A DNA stretch of 64,000 nucleotides, from contig CASGCS010000014.1 of assembly GCA_949300025.1 (NCBI GenBank), positions 39,483 to 103,482 on the forward strand, in the 5' to 3' direction. The position numbers and the translations under genes were made by a program. The stretch comes from an uncultured bacterium (GTDB taxonomy: Bacteria > Bacteroidota > Bacteroidia > Bacteroidales > UBA932). The number at the start of each line of letters is the position of its first letter. Position 1 is the stretch's first letter. The notes under the pieces were generated by a model. It was not told where the DNA came from and did no database searches. It saw nothing but the letters and a program-made list of their open reading frames with translations. Positions 26,578-35,816 of this stretch are shown here, one piece after another.

Positions 26578-27888
26578 ATGATGAAAACACTTACAAGACT
26601 ATTTGCAACCGGTGTGCTTCTCTGCGCATCGGCAACAGTTTACGCAGGGCCGGAAAAGCTGTACAGCATAACGGCCTGTCCCGGTGAAGATGCCTCTACG
26701 GAGATGAATATCAGCTGGGCGGCAGACACCTCACTCAAAAGGAGCGTTGTTGCATATACCGAGGCCAAAGATGTATCTCTAAAGAAAATAAGATATGCAA
26801 GACCGCTTGTAGAGTACTGCGACCTTTACAAGGGCATCTATTCCAAAAACTCAAAGAACGAAGATTTTTACCAGGATGTAGTATTCAACAAATGCGGAGC
26901 CGCACTCAAGGGGCTGAAGCCCGACAGGGAGTATCTCTACTGGGTTATTCCGGCAGAAGACTCGCTTGCAGAGAGAGGCTCTCTTGAACTTTCGCAGGCG
27001 CGGCGCTTCAAGACGGCAGGGGCAAAAGAGTGGAGCATCTGCATAATATCTGACTTCCATGCATACGACCCGCTGCCCAAGAGGCTCGAAGCCGCCTCTG
27101 CAATGATAGACAAGGTAATAGAATACGACAGGGAGATAGACTGGATTCTCCATCTGGGCGATGTATGCGCCTGGGGCGGAAGCTACTCCTTCTGGCAGAA
27201 CCTCTATGAAAACAAACATTTTAAAAACTACATGTGGGCAGGGGTAAACGGCAACCACGACAACATGAGCCGCAAATACGAACTTACCAACCGGTATTTC
27301 AAAAACGCAGGCTTCTACCCGCGCAACGGCTACGAGGGAGAGGAGGGCGTATGCTACTTCTTCAAGTACGGCAACGCTCTCTTCATAATGCTCAACAACG
27401 AGAACATGCGCGAAGAAGAGGGGCTGCAGGCCGCGCAGGAATGGGTAAGGAAGGTGATTGCCGAGAACCCGGCAGACTACATAATCGTCTGTGAACATTA
27501 CCAGTGGTTTTTCGGGACAGACGGCAGCACGTCGCAATACGGCCGCTGGAGCAAACTCTTCGACGAATGCGGAGTAGACCTCGCCCTTTCGGGGAACAAC
27601 CACATCTATGTAAGGACAAACGCGCTGTACAACGGCAGCCAGACAGACGGCACAAAGGGGACCGTATATATCCAGAGCCCCTCTTCAGACAATGAAAGGG
27701 GGCAGGCAAAGGTAAGCGGAGAGGTTGAGCACAACGGCTCTATAATAGAGTTCAGATGGAACGAAGGGCCGTGTACGGTGGGAGGCCTGCACATGAGCGC
27801 AGACAAAAAGAAACTTACGGTAAAGCTGCTCGACAGAGAGGGAAACATACTCGACAGCGTGAATGTTTTGGCAAAGAAGAAAAATTGA
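26578..27888 (+). CDS. purple-acid-phosphatase-like metallophosphoesterase
   Basis: 436 aa; signal peptide, PAP N-terminal domain, motifs HLGDVCAWGG, VNGNHDN, VCEHYQWF, SGNNHIY. Confidence 0.75.
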   Translation: MMKTLTRLFATGVLLCASATVYAGPEKLYSITACPGEDASTEMNISWAADTSLKRSVVAYTEAKDVSLKKIRYARPLVEYCDLYKGIYSKNSKNEDFYQDVVFNKCGAALKGLKPDREYLYWVIPAEDSLAERGSLELSQARRFKTAGAKEWSICIISDFHAYDPLPKRLEAASAMIDKVIEYDREIDWILHLGDVCAWGGSYSFWQNLYENKHFKNYMWAGVNGNHDNMSRKYELTNRYFKNAGFYPRNGYEGEEGVCYFFKYGNALFIMLNNENMREEEGLQAAQEWVRKVIAENPADYIIVCEHYQWFFGTDGSTSQYGRWSKLFDECGVDLALSGNNHIYVRTNALYNGSQTDGTKGTVYIQSPSSDNERGQAKVSGEVEHNGSIIEFRWNEGPCTVGGLHMSADKKKLTVKLLDREGNILDSVNVLAKKKN

Positions 27889-27898
27889 CATATCTTTG
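27867..27898 (+). promoter_or_regulatory. promoter for rplY-pth (-33 TTTG, -7 tatctttg)
   Basis: TTTG 27867-27870 and TAnnTTTG 27891-27898 with a 20-nt spacer. Confidence 0.5.
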
Positions 27899-27980
27899 CG
27901 CCCTACAAAAAGTGCATCTTTTTTGGTGCAATGGGGTCCGGAAAATCCGGACTGAGTAACACGTTTTTTAGAATTATACC

Positions 27981-28568
27981 ATGGAAACAATCAAACTTAA
28001 AGGTACAGCCAGAACTATCGGCAACAAACAGAGCATCAAACAGCTCCGCCTTTCGGGCCAGGTTCCCTGCGTCATTTACGGACAGCATGTGGGAAACGTC
28101 AACTTCTCTGTAAGCGAGAACGATCTTAAAAAGATTACACACACTCCCAAATCCTACATCATCAATATCGAGATAGATTCAAAGGAGTACACCTGTATTT
28201 TCCACGACATCCAGTATCATCCTGTAACAGACAAGGCCCTGCACGTAGACTTTTTGGCCGTATCGCAGGTAAAGCCTGTTGTAATAGATATTCCTGTCAG
28301 AATTACCGGTAATTCAGAGGGCGTAAGACAGGGCGGCAAGCTTATGGTGTCTGCAAGGAAACTCAAGGTTTCCGCTCCCATGGACAAGCTTCCCGACGAA
28401 CTGGTCATAGACATCACCACATTGCAGCTCGGCAAGTCTATTCTTGCAGGCGACCTTTCATTTGACGGTCTGCAGATTATCTCTCCCAAGAGTACAATCG
28501 TATGCGCCGTGAAGATGACACGCGCCGCTCTCGGTGCAGCCGCTGCCGCAGCCGCAACAGAGAAATAA
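27981..28568 (+). CDS. rplY: 50S ribosomal protein L25 / general stress protein Ctc
   Basis: 195 aa; L25/Ctc N-terminal pattern (LRLSGQVPCVIYG ... HPVTDKALHVDF) and an Ala-rich tail. Confidence 0.85.
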   Translation: METIKLKGTARTIGNKQSIKQLRLSGQVPCVIYGQHVGNVNFSVSENDLKKITHTPKSYIINIEIDSKEYTCIFHDIQYHPVTDKALHVDFLAVSQVKPVVIDIPVRITGNSEGVRQGGKLMVSARKLKVSAPMDKLPDELVIDITTLQLGKSILAGDLSFDGLQIISPKSTIVCAVKMTRAALGAAAAAAATEK

Positions 28569-28585
28569 TCTAACGCTTGCGGGGT

Positions 28586-29203
28586 ATGGGTTATCTAATT
28601 GCCGGACTTGGAAATATCGGCGCAGAATATCGGAATACCCGCCACAATATCGGATTTATGGTGCTGGACTACCTTGCAAAGGAGTTCGGCACCACTTTTA
28701 TTTCCTCCAGATATGCCTCTGTGGCGGAAATTTCAATAAAGGGGCGTAAAATAACGCTCATAAAGCCTTCTACCTACATGAATCTGAGCGGCAAGGCAGT
28801 AAGTTACTGGCTCAGGGAAAGGAAGACCGGGCGCGAAGACCTGCTCGTAATCTCAGACGACCTTGCCCTTCCCTTTGGCACGATAAGAATGCGCAAACAG
28901 GGAAGCGAAGGAGGCCACAACGGCCTTAAAAGCATTACCGAATCTCTGGGAGGGAACAATTATGCCCGGCTCAGGGTCGGGATTGGAGACAACTTTTCAA
29001 GGGGAGGACAGATAGACTATGTTCTCGGCACATTCGGAGAAGAGGAAAAGGCGGAACTCCAAGCCATTATAGAGAGGGCTGCAAAGGCAGTCGAGGCCTT
29101 TGTACTGTTGGGGCCCGACAGGGCAATGACCGCCTGCAATGCAAAGACCGCACAACAGCCTGCCGCCGCACCCGGCGGAGAGAATCAGGAAAAATCAGCC
29201 TAA
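28586..29203 (+). CDS. pth: peptidyl-tRNA hydrolase
   Basis: ORF from TTG 28577; ATG 28586 gives MGYLIAGLGNIGAEYRNTRHNIGF, the canonical Pth N-terminus; GGHNGLKS motif. Confidence 0.9.
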   Translation: MGYLIAGLGNIGAEYRNTRHNIGFMVLDYLAKEFGTTFISSRYASVAEISIKGRKITLIKPSTYMNLSGKAVSYWLRERKTGREDLLVISDDLALPFGTIRMRKQGSEGGHNGLKSITESLGGNNYARLRVGIGDNFSRGGQIDYVLGTFGEEEKAELQAIIERAAKAVEAFVLLGPDRAMTACNAKTAQQPAAAPGGENQEKSA

Positions 29204-29575
29204 ATTATCCAGAAGCCTGTCGATTTCGCGCCGCTCACGCTTTGTCGGGCGTCCGCTGCCCCTGTCGCGTTTGAGAAATACGGTCTCGTTTGGAGCGGCC
29301 AGCTTGTCAAGTTCATATTGAGGGGTTATGTCCAGGGCGTAGCCCGAAACCAACTGTGCGCCCTGACGCCTTTCTACCGGCTCCAGAACCTGATACTGGT
29401 AATGCACCGCCCCCTTTCTAACCTCTATTATATCTCCCCTCTTTACCTGTTTGGAAGATTTTGCAGCCGTGCCTCCAACCGTAACTTTCCCGGTCCTGCA
29501 CGCCTCAGCCGCATCGGAGCGTGTCTTGAAGACCCTTATCGCCCATAAAAACTTGTCTATCCTTACCTCTTCCAT
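29195..29575 (-). CDS. hslR: S4-domain RNA-binding heat-shock protein 15-like
   Basis: 126 aa; IDKFLWAIRVFKTRSDAAEACRTGKV S4 motif; 9-nt convergent overlap with pth. Confidence 0.75.
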   Translation of the reverse strand: MEEVRIDKFLWAIRVFKTRSDAAEACRTGKVTVGGTAAKSSKQVKRGDIIEVRKGAVHYQYQVLEPVERRQGAQLVSGYALDITPQYELDKLAAPNETVFLKRDRGSGRPTKRERREIDRLLDNLG

Positions 29576-29581
29576 AACTTT

Positions 29582-30520
29582 TCATTCGTGGTCGTGGCAG
29601 CAGCATTCACCGTGGCCGTGGTTATGCTCATGCCCGGTCTCTTCATCTATATAACTGTCTTTTACCGGCTCGTCCAGACGGGTCATGAAAATCTCCAGAA
29701 GCTTAACCGGTCTTCCCTCTGCCGGAAGCAGTGCAAAATCCTCCATGCTCTCCGGAATAAAGACCGTCTCCATATTTTCCAAGGGATATTCCGCTCCGTC
29801 GTTGGTTCTGATTATCGCCCGGCCGCCAACACAGACATATATTATGAAACTCTCGTAGGCAGAGGGTTCCACCCTGCTCTCTTTTGAAAGCTGCCTGAGG
29901 TTCACCGCAAAATGGCAGTCGCTCACCTCGCTGTTCTCTCCGCTTACGGGCGAATAGTCCAGAATGTCCATTGCCTCGCCAAGTTCAGGAATCTGCTCCA
30001 GATGATAGGTTACAGGAGAGTTCCCGGAAACCTCCACGATTCTGAGGCAGCCCTCCGCCGAAAAGGGCATTCCTCCCTTGACAAAGAGCGAATCGCCCTC
30101 GTGCGGGGTAAAAGAGTACATCTTCTCTCTCAGTGTTCCGTCAACGACTGCATTATAGAGAGTCTCGGCGCTCATCTGAGCCTTGAAGCCGTAAAAGACT
30201 TTCGCTCCGGGCCCCACATTTGCAAAGTACCACAGGAACGGACGCCCCCATACGAGATAACGTTCGCGGGCCGTAGTGTCGTCGGGGCAGGCCATAACAG
30301 GCAGAGGCTGCTCCACATCCATTATCCTTACAGTGACGGGGAGCTCTCCCCTGTAACAGTCGAGGACCTTGGGCCCGAGCAAATCTGCAAGATAGGTCTC
30401 TATTACGTCATCCAGGCTGTTTTCGGCCAAAAAACCGTTGGAGATGACGCTGTCGCTCCCGAGCAGGGAATTTCCCTCCTCGAACTTAAGCGGGTATAAC
30501 TTCCTTTTCTTTTTTTGCAT
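29582..30520 (-). CDS. cupin-fold class I phosphomannose-isomerase-like protein, divergent, with His/Cys-rich tail
   Basis: 312 aa; LYPLKF N-terminus as in Bacteroides PMI-like proteins, but PVMACPDD where I expect the QVHPD metal motif; ends GHEHNHGHGECCCHDHE. Confidence 0.5.
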   Translation of the reverse strand: MQKKKRKLYPLKFEEGNSLLGSDSVISNGFLAENSLDDVIETYLADLLGPKVLDCYRGELPVTVRIMDVEQPLPVMACPDDTTARERYLVWGRPFLWYFANVGPGAKVFYGFKAQMSAETLYNAVVDGTLREKMYSFTPHEGDSLFVKGGMPFSAEGCLRIVEVSGNSPVTYHLEQIPELGEAMDILDYSPVSGENSEVSDCHFAVNLRQLSKESRVEPSAYESFIIYVCVGGRAIIRTNDGAEYPLENMETVFIPESMEDFALLPAEGRPVKLLEIFMTRLDEPVKDSYIDEETGHEHNHGHGECCCHDHE

Positions 30521-31322
30521 TGTTGAAAAATCTGTTCAATATGTGTATTATGGTCACAAACAGCGCGGCCGAGACGAGATAGAGCAATATATAGGTTATG
30601 ATGCCGAAATGCTCTGTCACAATCTCAAGCAGAGTGGTATCGAGTTCCATATCAGGAAAGAGAAAGAGCATTGCCGCACTGAATCCGTTGTTTATAAAGT
30701 GAATAAGCATTGCAAACAGAAGCGAGCCGGACTTGTAATAGACCCACCCTATGAAAAGCCCTATGACGAATGCGCCCAGAGCCTGATAGAGATTGAGATG
30801 GATAAGCGCGAAGATGAATGCGCTCCATATTATGGCCTTTACCGCAGAGATGCGCCGCAGCAGCCCTCTGAGGATTATGCCCCTTATGAAAAACTCTTCC
30901 AGCAGGGGGGCGGCAATGACAACCGAGAGCACATTCCATAGCGGATCTTCAAGAATAGCCCCATAGAGGTTGTCTATCAGATATTCCGGAATTTCAATAA
31001 GCGATGAAAACGGCTCCAGGATTATAACCGAGAGAAGAAGGGTTGCAAGAGCCAGCAGAAACGACGCCGCACATGTTACCAGCATGGGACGCCCGGCTCC
31101 GCTGTCCAGGGGCACGCACGGTGCATTCTTCCTGCGTGCAGCCCTTCCCTTGAGAGCCACATATATGAAAGCCGGAACAAACGGTATGACGTAAGTCACC
31201 AGGGCGTTTCCCGAAAGGAAAAGAAACGGCAAGCCCAAAAGGCTTCCTGCAACGACTATGAGAAAGACTATAATCCAACACTGCCCGAGGGTGGGCAGAA
31301 AACAGGAGATGTTCCTAAACAT
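30486..31322 (-). CDS. CPBP-family intramembrane glutamic endopeptidase (CAAX protease-like)
   Basis: 278 aa, multi-pass; motifs LLEEFFIRG, FALIHLN, HFINNG. Confidence 0.8.
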   Translation of the reverse strand: MFRNISCFLPTLGQCWIIVFLIVVAGSLLGLPFLFLSGNALVTYVIPFVPAFIYVALKGRAARRKNAPCVPLDSGAGRPMLVTCAASFLLALATLLLSVIILEPFSSLIEIPEYLIDNLYGAILEDPLWNVLSVVIAAPLLEEFFIRGIILRGLLRRISAVKAIIWSAFIFALIHLNLYQALGAFVIGLFIGWVYYKSGSLLFAMLIHFINNGFSAAMLFLFPDMELDTTLLEIVTEHFGIITYILLYLVSAALFVTIIHILNRFFNNAKKEKEVIPA

Positions 31323-32217
31323 TATACAGATTGGCGGGATATTCTCCCTTCTCTATCATTTCTGCAATTTTAGCTGTTACAAGGGCCTTGTCCTCCCTGT
31401 ATGTGACACCAAACCATTTGTCCGGTGTGGAGAGCACCTTTACAGTGGCAAGGTGAGCCTCTATTGCACTGTTTACAATGAACGGTATGTAGAACTCCTT
31501 TTTAAGGTCTGAGCCGGACTCCGCAAGAAACTTTCTGAAAAGTTCCTCCCCGAACCTGAAAATTCCCGGAGTGAAGCCCCACATGTTCATTGAAGTGGGG
31601 GCATGGTTGTCGAGCAGATGCCTCACGCCGTCCATGCCGTCTCCGAATATACCCTCCCCTTCGGCCTTTACGTTGTGGTGCTCCTCAACTCCTGCAAGGT
31701 AGTTGCCGCTGTCTACGTAGCAGATGCCGCGCGAGACTGTCCCGCTCTCGGAGAGAGTCCTTTCAAGGCTGAACCCCACCATGGAGTACTCGCCCTCTCT
31801 GCATTTGAGAAGGAAGTCTGCCAGCACCTCGAACGAGTGTCTCCCGTAGAAATCGTCTGCATTTATGACTGCAAACGGGGTATCTATCGCCTCTGCCGCC
31901 ATCAGCACCGCATGGCCCGTGCCCCAGGGTTTCTCCCTTGCCGGATTCAGCGAAAACCCCTCCGGCAGTTTGTCGAGCTCCTGTTCCACCAGAACCACAT
32001 CTGTAATATTCCTGTATTTTGAAACTATCTTCTCCTCGAATTCTTCTCTGAAATGGCGTCTTACCACAAAGACAACCTTGCCGAAGCCTGCACGCACGGC
32101 ATCGTATACTGAATAGTCCATTATGGCCTCCCCACCCGGCCCCACAACGTCCAACTGCTTGAGTCCGCCATACCTGCTGCCCGCACCGGCAGCCAAAACA
32201 AGTAATGTTGGTTTCAT
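31315..32217 (-). CDS. sugar-phosphate nucleotidyltransferase
   Basis: 300 aa; N-terminal LVLAAGAGSRYGGLKQ NTP-transferase motif. Confidence 0.75.
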   Translation of the reverse strand: MKPTLLVLAAGAGSRYGGLKQLDVVGPGGEAIMDYSVYDAVRAGFGKVVFVVRRHFREEFEEKIVSKYRNITDVVLVEQELDKLPEGFSLNPAREKPWGTGHAVLMAAEAIDTPFAVINADDFYGRHSFEVLADFLLKCREGEYSMVGFSLERTLSESGTVSRGICYVDSGNYLAGVEEHHNVKAEGEGIFGDGMDGVRHLLDNHAPTSMNMWGFTPGIFRFGEELFRKFLAESGSDLKKEFYIPFIVNSAIEAHLATVKVLSTPDKWFGVTYREDKALVTAKIAEMIEKGEYPANLYNV

Positions 32218-32275
32218 ATCTCTAATTTATTACCTTTGCGCTTGGGAAGACAAAGATAGAAAAAATTCGCACTCA

Positions 32276-32602
32276 ATGCCAAACAAGAGCGTTAAGGATA
32301 AAATCAAAGGCAGCAAGGCCTTTAGAATATTCAGGCACAAGTATCTGCTTGTCACCTTAGCCTTTGCCACATGGGTAGTGTTCATAGATTCCAACAATAT
32401 TCTCACTTGGATGTCGGATCTTAAGGAACTTTCCGCACAGCGCCGCCAGATAGAATATTACAGAGAAGCCATAAGAAAGACCGACGAGCAGCTGAAGGAA
32501 CTGCGCTCCAACCGAGACAGTCTCGAGAAGTTCGCACGGGAACAGTACTTTTTCCACCGCCCCGACGAAGAGGTCTTTATCATAGATGAAAACCGGCAGT
32601 AG
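32276..32602 (+). CDS. FtsB/DivIC-like septum formation initiator family protein
   Basis: ORF from 32123, but ATG 32276 (MPNKSVKDK...) fits: one TM followed by a coiled coil (LSAQRRQIEYYREAIRKTDEQLKEL). Confidence 0.65.
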   Translation: MPNKSVKDKIKGSKAFRIFRHKYLLVTLAFATWVVFIDSNNILTWMSDLKELSAQRRQIEYYREAIRKTDEQLKELRSNRDSLEKFAREQYFFHRPDEEVFIIDENRQ

Positions 32603-33376
32603 TCAGGATTCCAAAAGGGAGAGCAGGCTGTCTGACTCGTATGTCGGCCCGCCGTCGCACTCCCTGTGATACGGGTTGTAGTAAAACTGGTCTATACCAA
32701 AAATCTGCGCCCCCTCTATGTCGTTGGCAAAATCGTCTCCTACCATAATGGTCCGGCTCTTTATAATGTCGCGGTTCTGCTTGTCATTGCAGGCCTCCTT
32801 TCCGCAAAGCGCCTCGAGAGCTGCCTTGAATATGAGCGGAGAGGGTTTGTGGGCCCCCACCTCTTCGGAAATTATTACAGCGTCCATGAAGTCCAGAATC
32901 CCGGAATTGCCCAGTTTGCCATATTGTATCTCCTTAAAGCCGTTGCTTACTGCAGCTATCTTGCACCCCCTGCGTCTGAGTTCGGCCAGCACCTTGTACG
33001 CGCCGGGCTCAAGTTCCTTTTCATAAGGCATTCTGTAGAGATAGTTTTCAGAGAACCTGCCGCTGAACTCTCTGAGCGACTCCCTGTCTGAAAACTCGTC
33101 TGCAATGCTGCCTCCCTCTTCCACATATTTGAGAAAAGTTTCATAGAAGCGCGAAACGCGCAGTTCCTCTTTTGAAAGCCGTCCGGCTTCATACTGCTGC
33201 CACAGAAGTCTGTTCACGCTGTCGTATCGCCTGAAAAATTCCTCTTTTGAGAAGACCGACAGTCTCCTGCGCAGGTCATAGAAATCGAGAAGGGTAAAAA
33301 TCACCCTCTTTGAATTTGAATCAAAGGCCCACAGGGTACGGTCTATGTCGAACAGATAATATGTGTAACGTTTCAT
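32603..33376 (-). CDS. HAD-superfamily hydrolase (YjjG-like nucleotidase type)
   Basis: ORF to 33451; ATG 33376 gives MKRYTYYLFDIDRTLW (the DxD HAD motif I); later VSNG and GDDFANDI motifs. Confidence 0.75.
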   Translation of the reverse strand: MKRYTYYLFDIDRTLWAFDSNSKRVIFTLLDFYDLRRRLSVFSKEEFFRRYDSVNRLLWQQYEAGRLSKEELRVSRFYETFLKYVEEGGSIADEFSDRESLREFSGRFSENYLYRMPYEKELEPGAYKVLAELRRRGCKIAAVSNGFKEIQYGKLGNSGILDFMDAVIISEEVGAHKPSPLIFKAALEALCGKEACNDKQNRDIIKSRTIMVGDDFANDIEGAQIFGIDQFYYNPYHRECDGGPTYESDSLLSLLES

Positions 33377-33377
33377 C

Positions 33378-34649
33378 CTATTCCGCTGTATCATCTGCCG
33401 TAACCAGCCCTGTACGGAGATTCCATGCCAGGGAGGCATAATAGGCTTCAAGTTCCGGATCTGCCGAATCCGGGATATAAGTGCTCAGCCCTGAGTATCT
33501 CGCTGCATCTATCGGCAGGTTTATGAAATATGGAGTGGTGGCTTTGTAGACTACAGCCTCGTCGAGCGCCACCCTGAACGAAGCAATGGCCTCCGCACTT
33601 CCGGCAAGCGTCCTCATAAAATCTTCCAGATCGTAGAAAAACGGAGTGGAAGCATCTCTGAAATAGCCCTGTATGTTGTTTCTGTTCAAAAGAGGCAATT
33701 TGTCGCGATACCGGTCAAAGAGCGCCGCGGCCTCCTCGGCAACCTTCTCCAGAGCGGAAGTTCTGACAAGCGATACGGTGGCCGAGCGCATAGTCCCGGA
33801 CTGCGAATCGTAATAGTTGTAGAACTCCTCGGCCACGCTCTGCAAATCGGGACTCTCTGCAAAGAGAGGACGGGCTATCTTGTCGTACGGATAACCGGTA
33901 CTTATAACTTCGGTCGGTGAGAAGAGCAGATAGTCTGTACTGTCTTTCAACTGGTAGGCAACCTCGATTCCTCCCATAAAGCATGCATCGAAAATTATGA
34001 AAGAGACCTTGTAGGGCAGGGCCGCCGCCAGATCTGCAATATCCATCTCTGTCTCTCCCTCGCTTCCGAAAGAGCGGGTCTTGCCGCAAGAGGCGCGGCG
34101 CATTGCATCGAAATCGAGTTTTACAAGCCTGTCATACCTCTGCCCGGTACTGCCTTCCGCAGAAGCCGCCGCAGAAATTTCCCGCGCTCCCAAAAGGGCG
34201 TCGGCGTAGACACCTTCCGGCAGCCAGCCCGTTGCATGAGACCACAGCACAAGCCCGAAATCCTTTGCGGGAAAGAGAGTCCTTGTAACGTTCATTGCAG
34301 AGGCGAGTGCAGCGGATGTGGCGGAATTCACAGAGGGGAAGCGGTAGACCGTGTCCACCTCCACGCTCCCGTTTCCGCCGTCAAGGTAGAGAAGCAGGGG
34401 AGCCTGGTCTGGAATATGGTAATAGACCACTATGTTTCCCTCCTCTTTGGGGATGTAGCCCTGCTTGAGAGATTCCAGATTTTCTACCGCATTGACCGAA
34501 AGATTGTTGTTGGCCGCCATGTATATGAGCAGAGTCCTGTTCTTCTCCACTCTTGAGGGAGGAGTGTCGCTAACCCCCTCGCATGATGCGAAAAGCAGCA
34601 TCAGAGCGAATGCCGGCAGCAACCATATTTTTCTCAGACAAACAGTCAT
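33378..34649 (-). CDS. clostripain-family (C11) cysteine peptidase lipoprotein
   Basis: ORF to 34691; ATG 34649 gives a lipoprotein signal (LLFASCEG). LLIYMAANNNL, catalytic-type WSHATGW and FDACFMG motifs. Confidence 0.8.
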   Translation of the reverse strand: MTVCLRKIWLLPAFALMLLFASCEGVSDTPPSRVEKNRTLLIYMAANNNLSVNAVENLESLKQGYIPKEEGNIVVYYHIPDQAPLLLYLDGGNGSVEVDTVYRFPSVNSATSAALASAMNVTRTLFPAKDFGLVLWSHATGWLPEGVYADALLGAREISAAASAEGSTGQRYDRLVKLDFDAMRRASCGKTRSFGSEGETEMDIADLAAALPYKVSFIIFDACFMGGIEVAYQLKDSTDYLLFSPTEVISTGYPYDKIARPLFAESPDLQSVAEEFYNYYDSQSGTMRSATVSLVRTSALEKVAEEAAALFDRYRDKLPLLNRNNIQGYFRDASTPFFYDLEDFMRTLAGSAEAIASFRVALDEAVVYKATTPYFINLPIDAARYSGLSTYIPDSADPELEAYYASLAWNLRTGLVTADDTAE

Positions 34650-34665
34650 GGATGCAAAAATAACA

Positions 34666-35034
34666 TTATTTGAAGATAAAGTAAACCGCAAGCACCAAAA
34701 AAACGCATGCTATAAGGTGGTTGAGCCTGAAAGTCTCTGTCTTGAAAAAGAGCATGGAGAAAAGTACAAAGACCACAAGAGTTATAACTTCTTGTATGAC
34801 TTTAAGTTGCATTAAAGTAAAGGGCCCGCCGAAGTTTCTGAAGCCTATTCTGTTGGCAGGGACCTGAAAGCAATACTCGAAAAAGGCCACGAGCCAGCTT
34901 ATGACTATCACTGCAAAGAGCCCCCATTTCGGAAAAAGTTTTGCGGTGTCGAACTTAAGATGGCCGTACCAGGCCAATGTCATGAAACTGTTTGATATAA
35001 GCAGTAACAATATTGTAAGTAAACCACGTCCCAT
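34666..35034 (-). CDS. small DMT-superfamily membrane protein (DUF486-like)
   Basis: ORF to 35175; ATG 35034 gives MGRGLLTILLLLISNSFMTLAWYGHLKF, typical of this family; about 122 aa, 4 TM. Confidence 0.65.
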   Translation of the reverse strand: MGRGLLTILLLLISNSFMTLAWYGHLKFDTAKLFPKWGLFAVIVISWLVAFFEYCFQVPANRIGFRNFGGPFTLMQLKVIQEVITLVVFVLFSMLFFKTETFRLNHLIACVFLVLAVYFIFK

Positions 35035-35105
35035 ATTCAAAAAATGTGCGCGCAAAAGTAGGAAAAAAAACATATATTTGTCTGTCGATACTTTAAATTT
35101 TAACC

Positions 35106-35474
35106 ATGGAAGAGAACGCTCAAAACAAGACAGCGACGGATGAAATGATTTCATCTGTAAAAGAATATGTTGCACTGAAGATAGACGAGCTCAAGCTCAA
35201 AGGGGTCGAGGGGCTCTCGCTCCTGTGCAGCAAAATCATCTATATTTTTCTGGCCGCGCTCATAATAGTGATTGCGCTGCTGCTGCTCGGCCTCTCGCTC
35301 GCATTTTTCCTCGGAGAGCACTTCGGCTCCGACATTCTCGGGTTCTTTACCGTCGGGATGCTCTTTGTAATCATATTTGCAATATTGTACCTCTTTAGAA
35401 ACAGGCTGTTCATAAACAGGCTTGTGAGATTTTTCATACAGCTTCTTTTCAACGAAAACAACAACAAACGATAA
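35106..35474 (+). CDS. small membrane protein (phage-holin-family-like annotation class)
   Basis: 122 aa; amphipathic N-terminus and two long TM segments. Confidence 0.5.
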   Translation: MEENAQNKTATDEMISSVKEYVALKIDELKLKGVEGLSLLCSKIIYIFLAALIIVIALLLLGLSLAFFLGEHFGSDILGFFTVGMLFVIIFAILYLFRNRLFINRLVRFFIQLLFNENNNKR

Positions 35475-35477
35475 GTC

Positions 35478-35816
35478 ATGTCAAAAGATTACAGCTCCAT
35501 AACCACTTTCGAGCAGTTGAAAACTGCGCAGATTGAACTTAAATACAGGATAGAGCTCAAGGAGATGGAACTCTCGGAGAAGTACAGCGCGCTCAAATCG
35601 TACTTCAGCCCGCTCACAGTTCTGAGCAGGGTGGTTTCGAGGCTCTACTCGCTCAGATTCCTCGGCAAATATATGGCAACCGCCTACGATTATATCCGCG
35701 ATATGGCAATAAAGCTGCGCGATGCATGGAAAAACCGCAAGGCTGCCGCGGCGGCGGAAGAGGAGGAGGCTGAGAATGCGGCGGATGAAAACAACTCTAC
35801 GGAGGAAAGCAGATGA
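35478..35816 (+). CDS. hypothetical coiled-coil protein with acidic tail
   Basis: 112 aa; 3 nt after the previous stop and 4-nt overlap with the next gene; no family recognised. Confidence 0.45.
   Translation: MSKDYSSITTFEQLKTAQIELKYRIELKEMELSEKYSALKSYFSPLTVLSRVVSRLYSLRFLGKYMATAYDYIRDMAIKLRDAWKNRKAAAAAEEEEAENAADENNSTEESR

Noticed and set aside
26851-27603. 250-aa minus-strand ORF
   Set aside because: It is antisense to the purple-acid-phosphatase-like gene, with a Val/Ala/Phe/Arg-rich junk composition.
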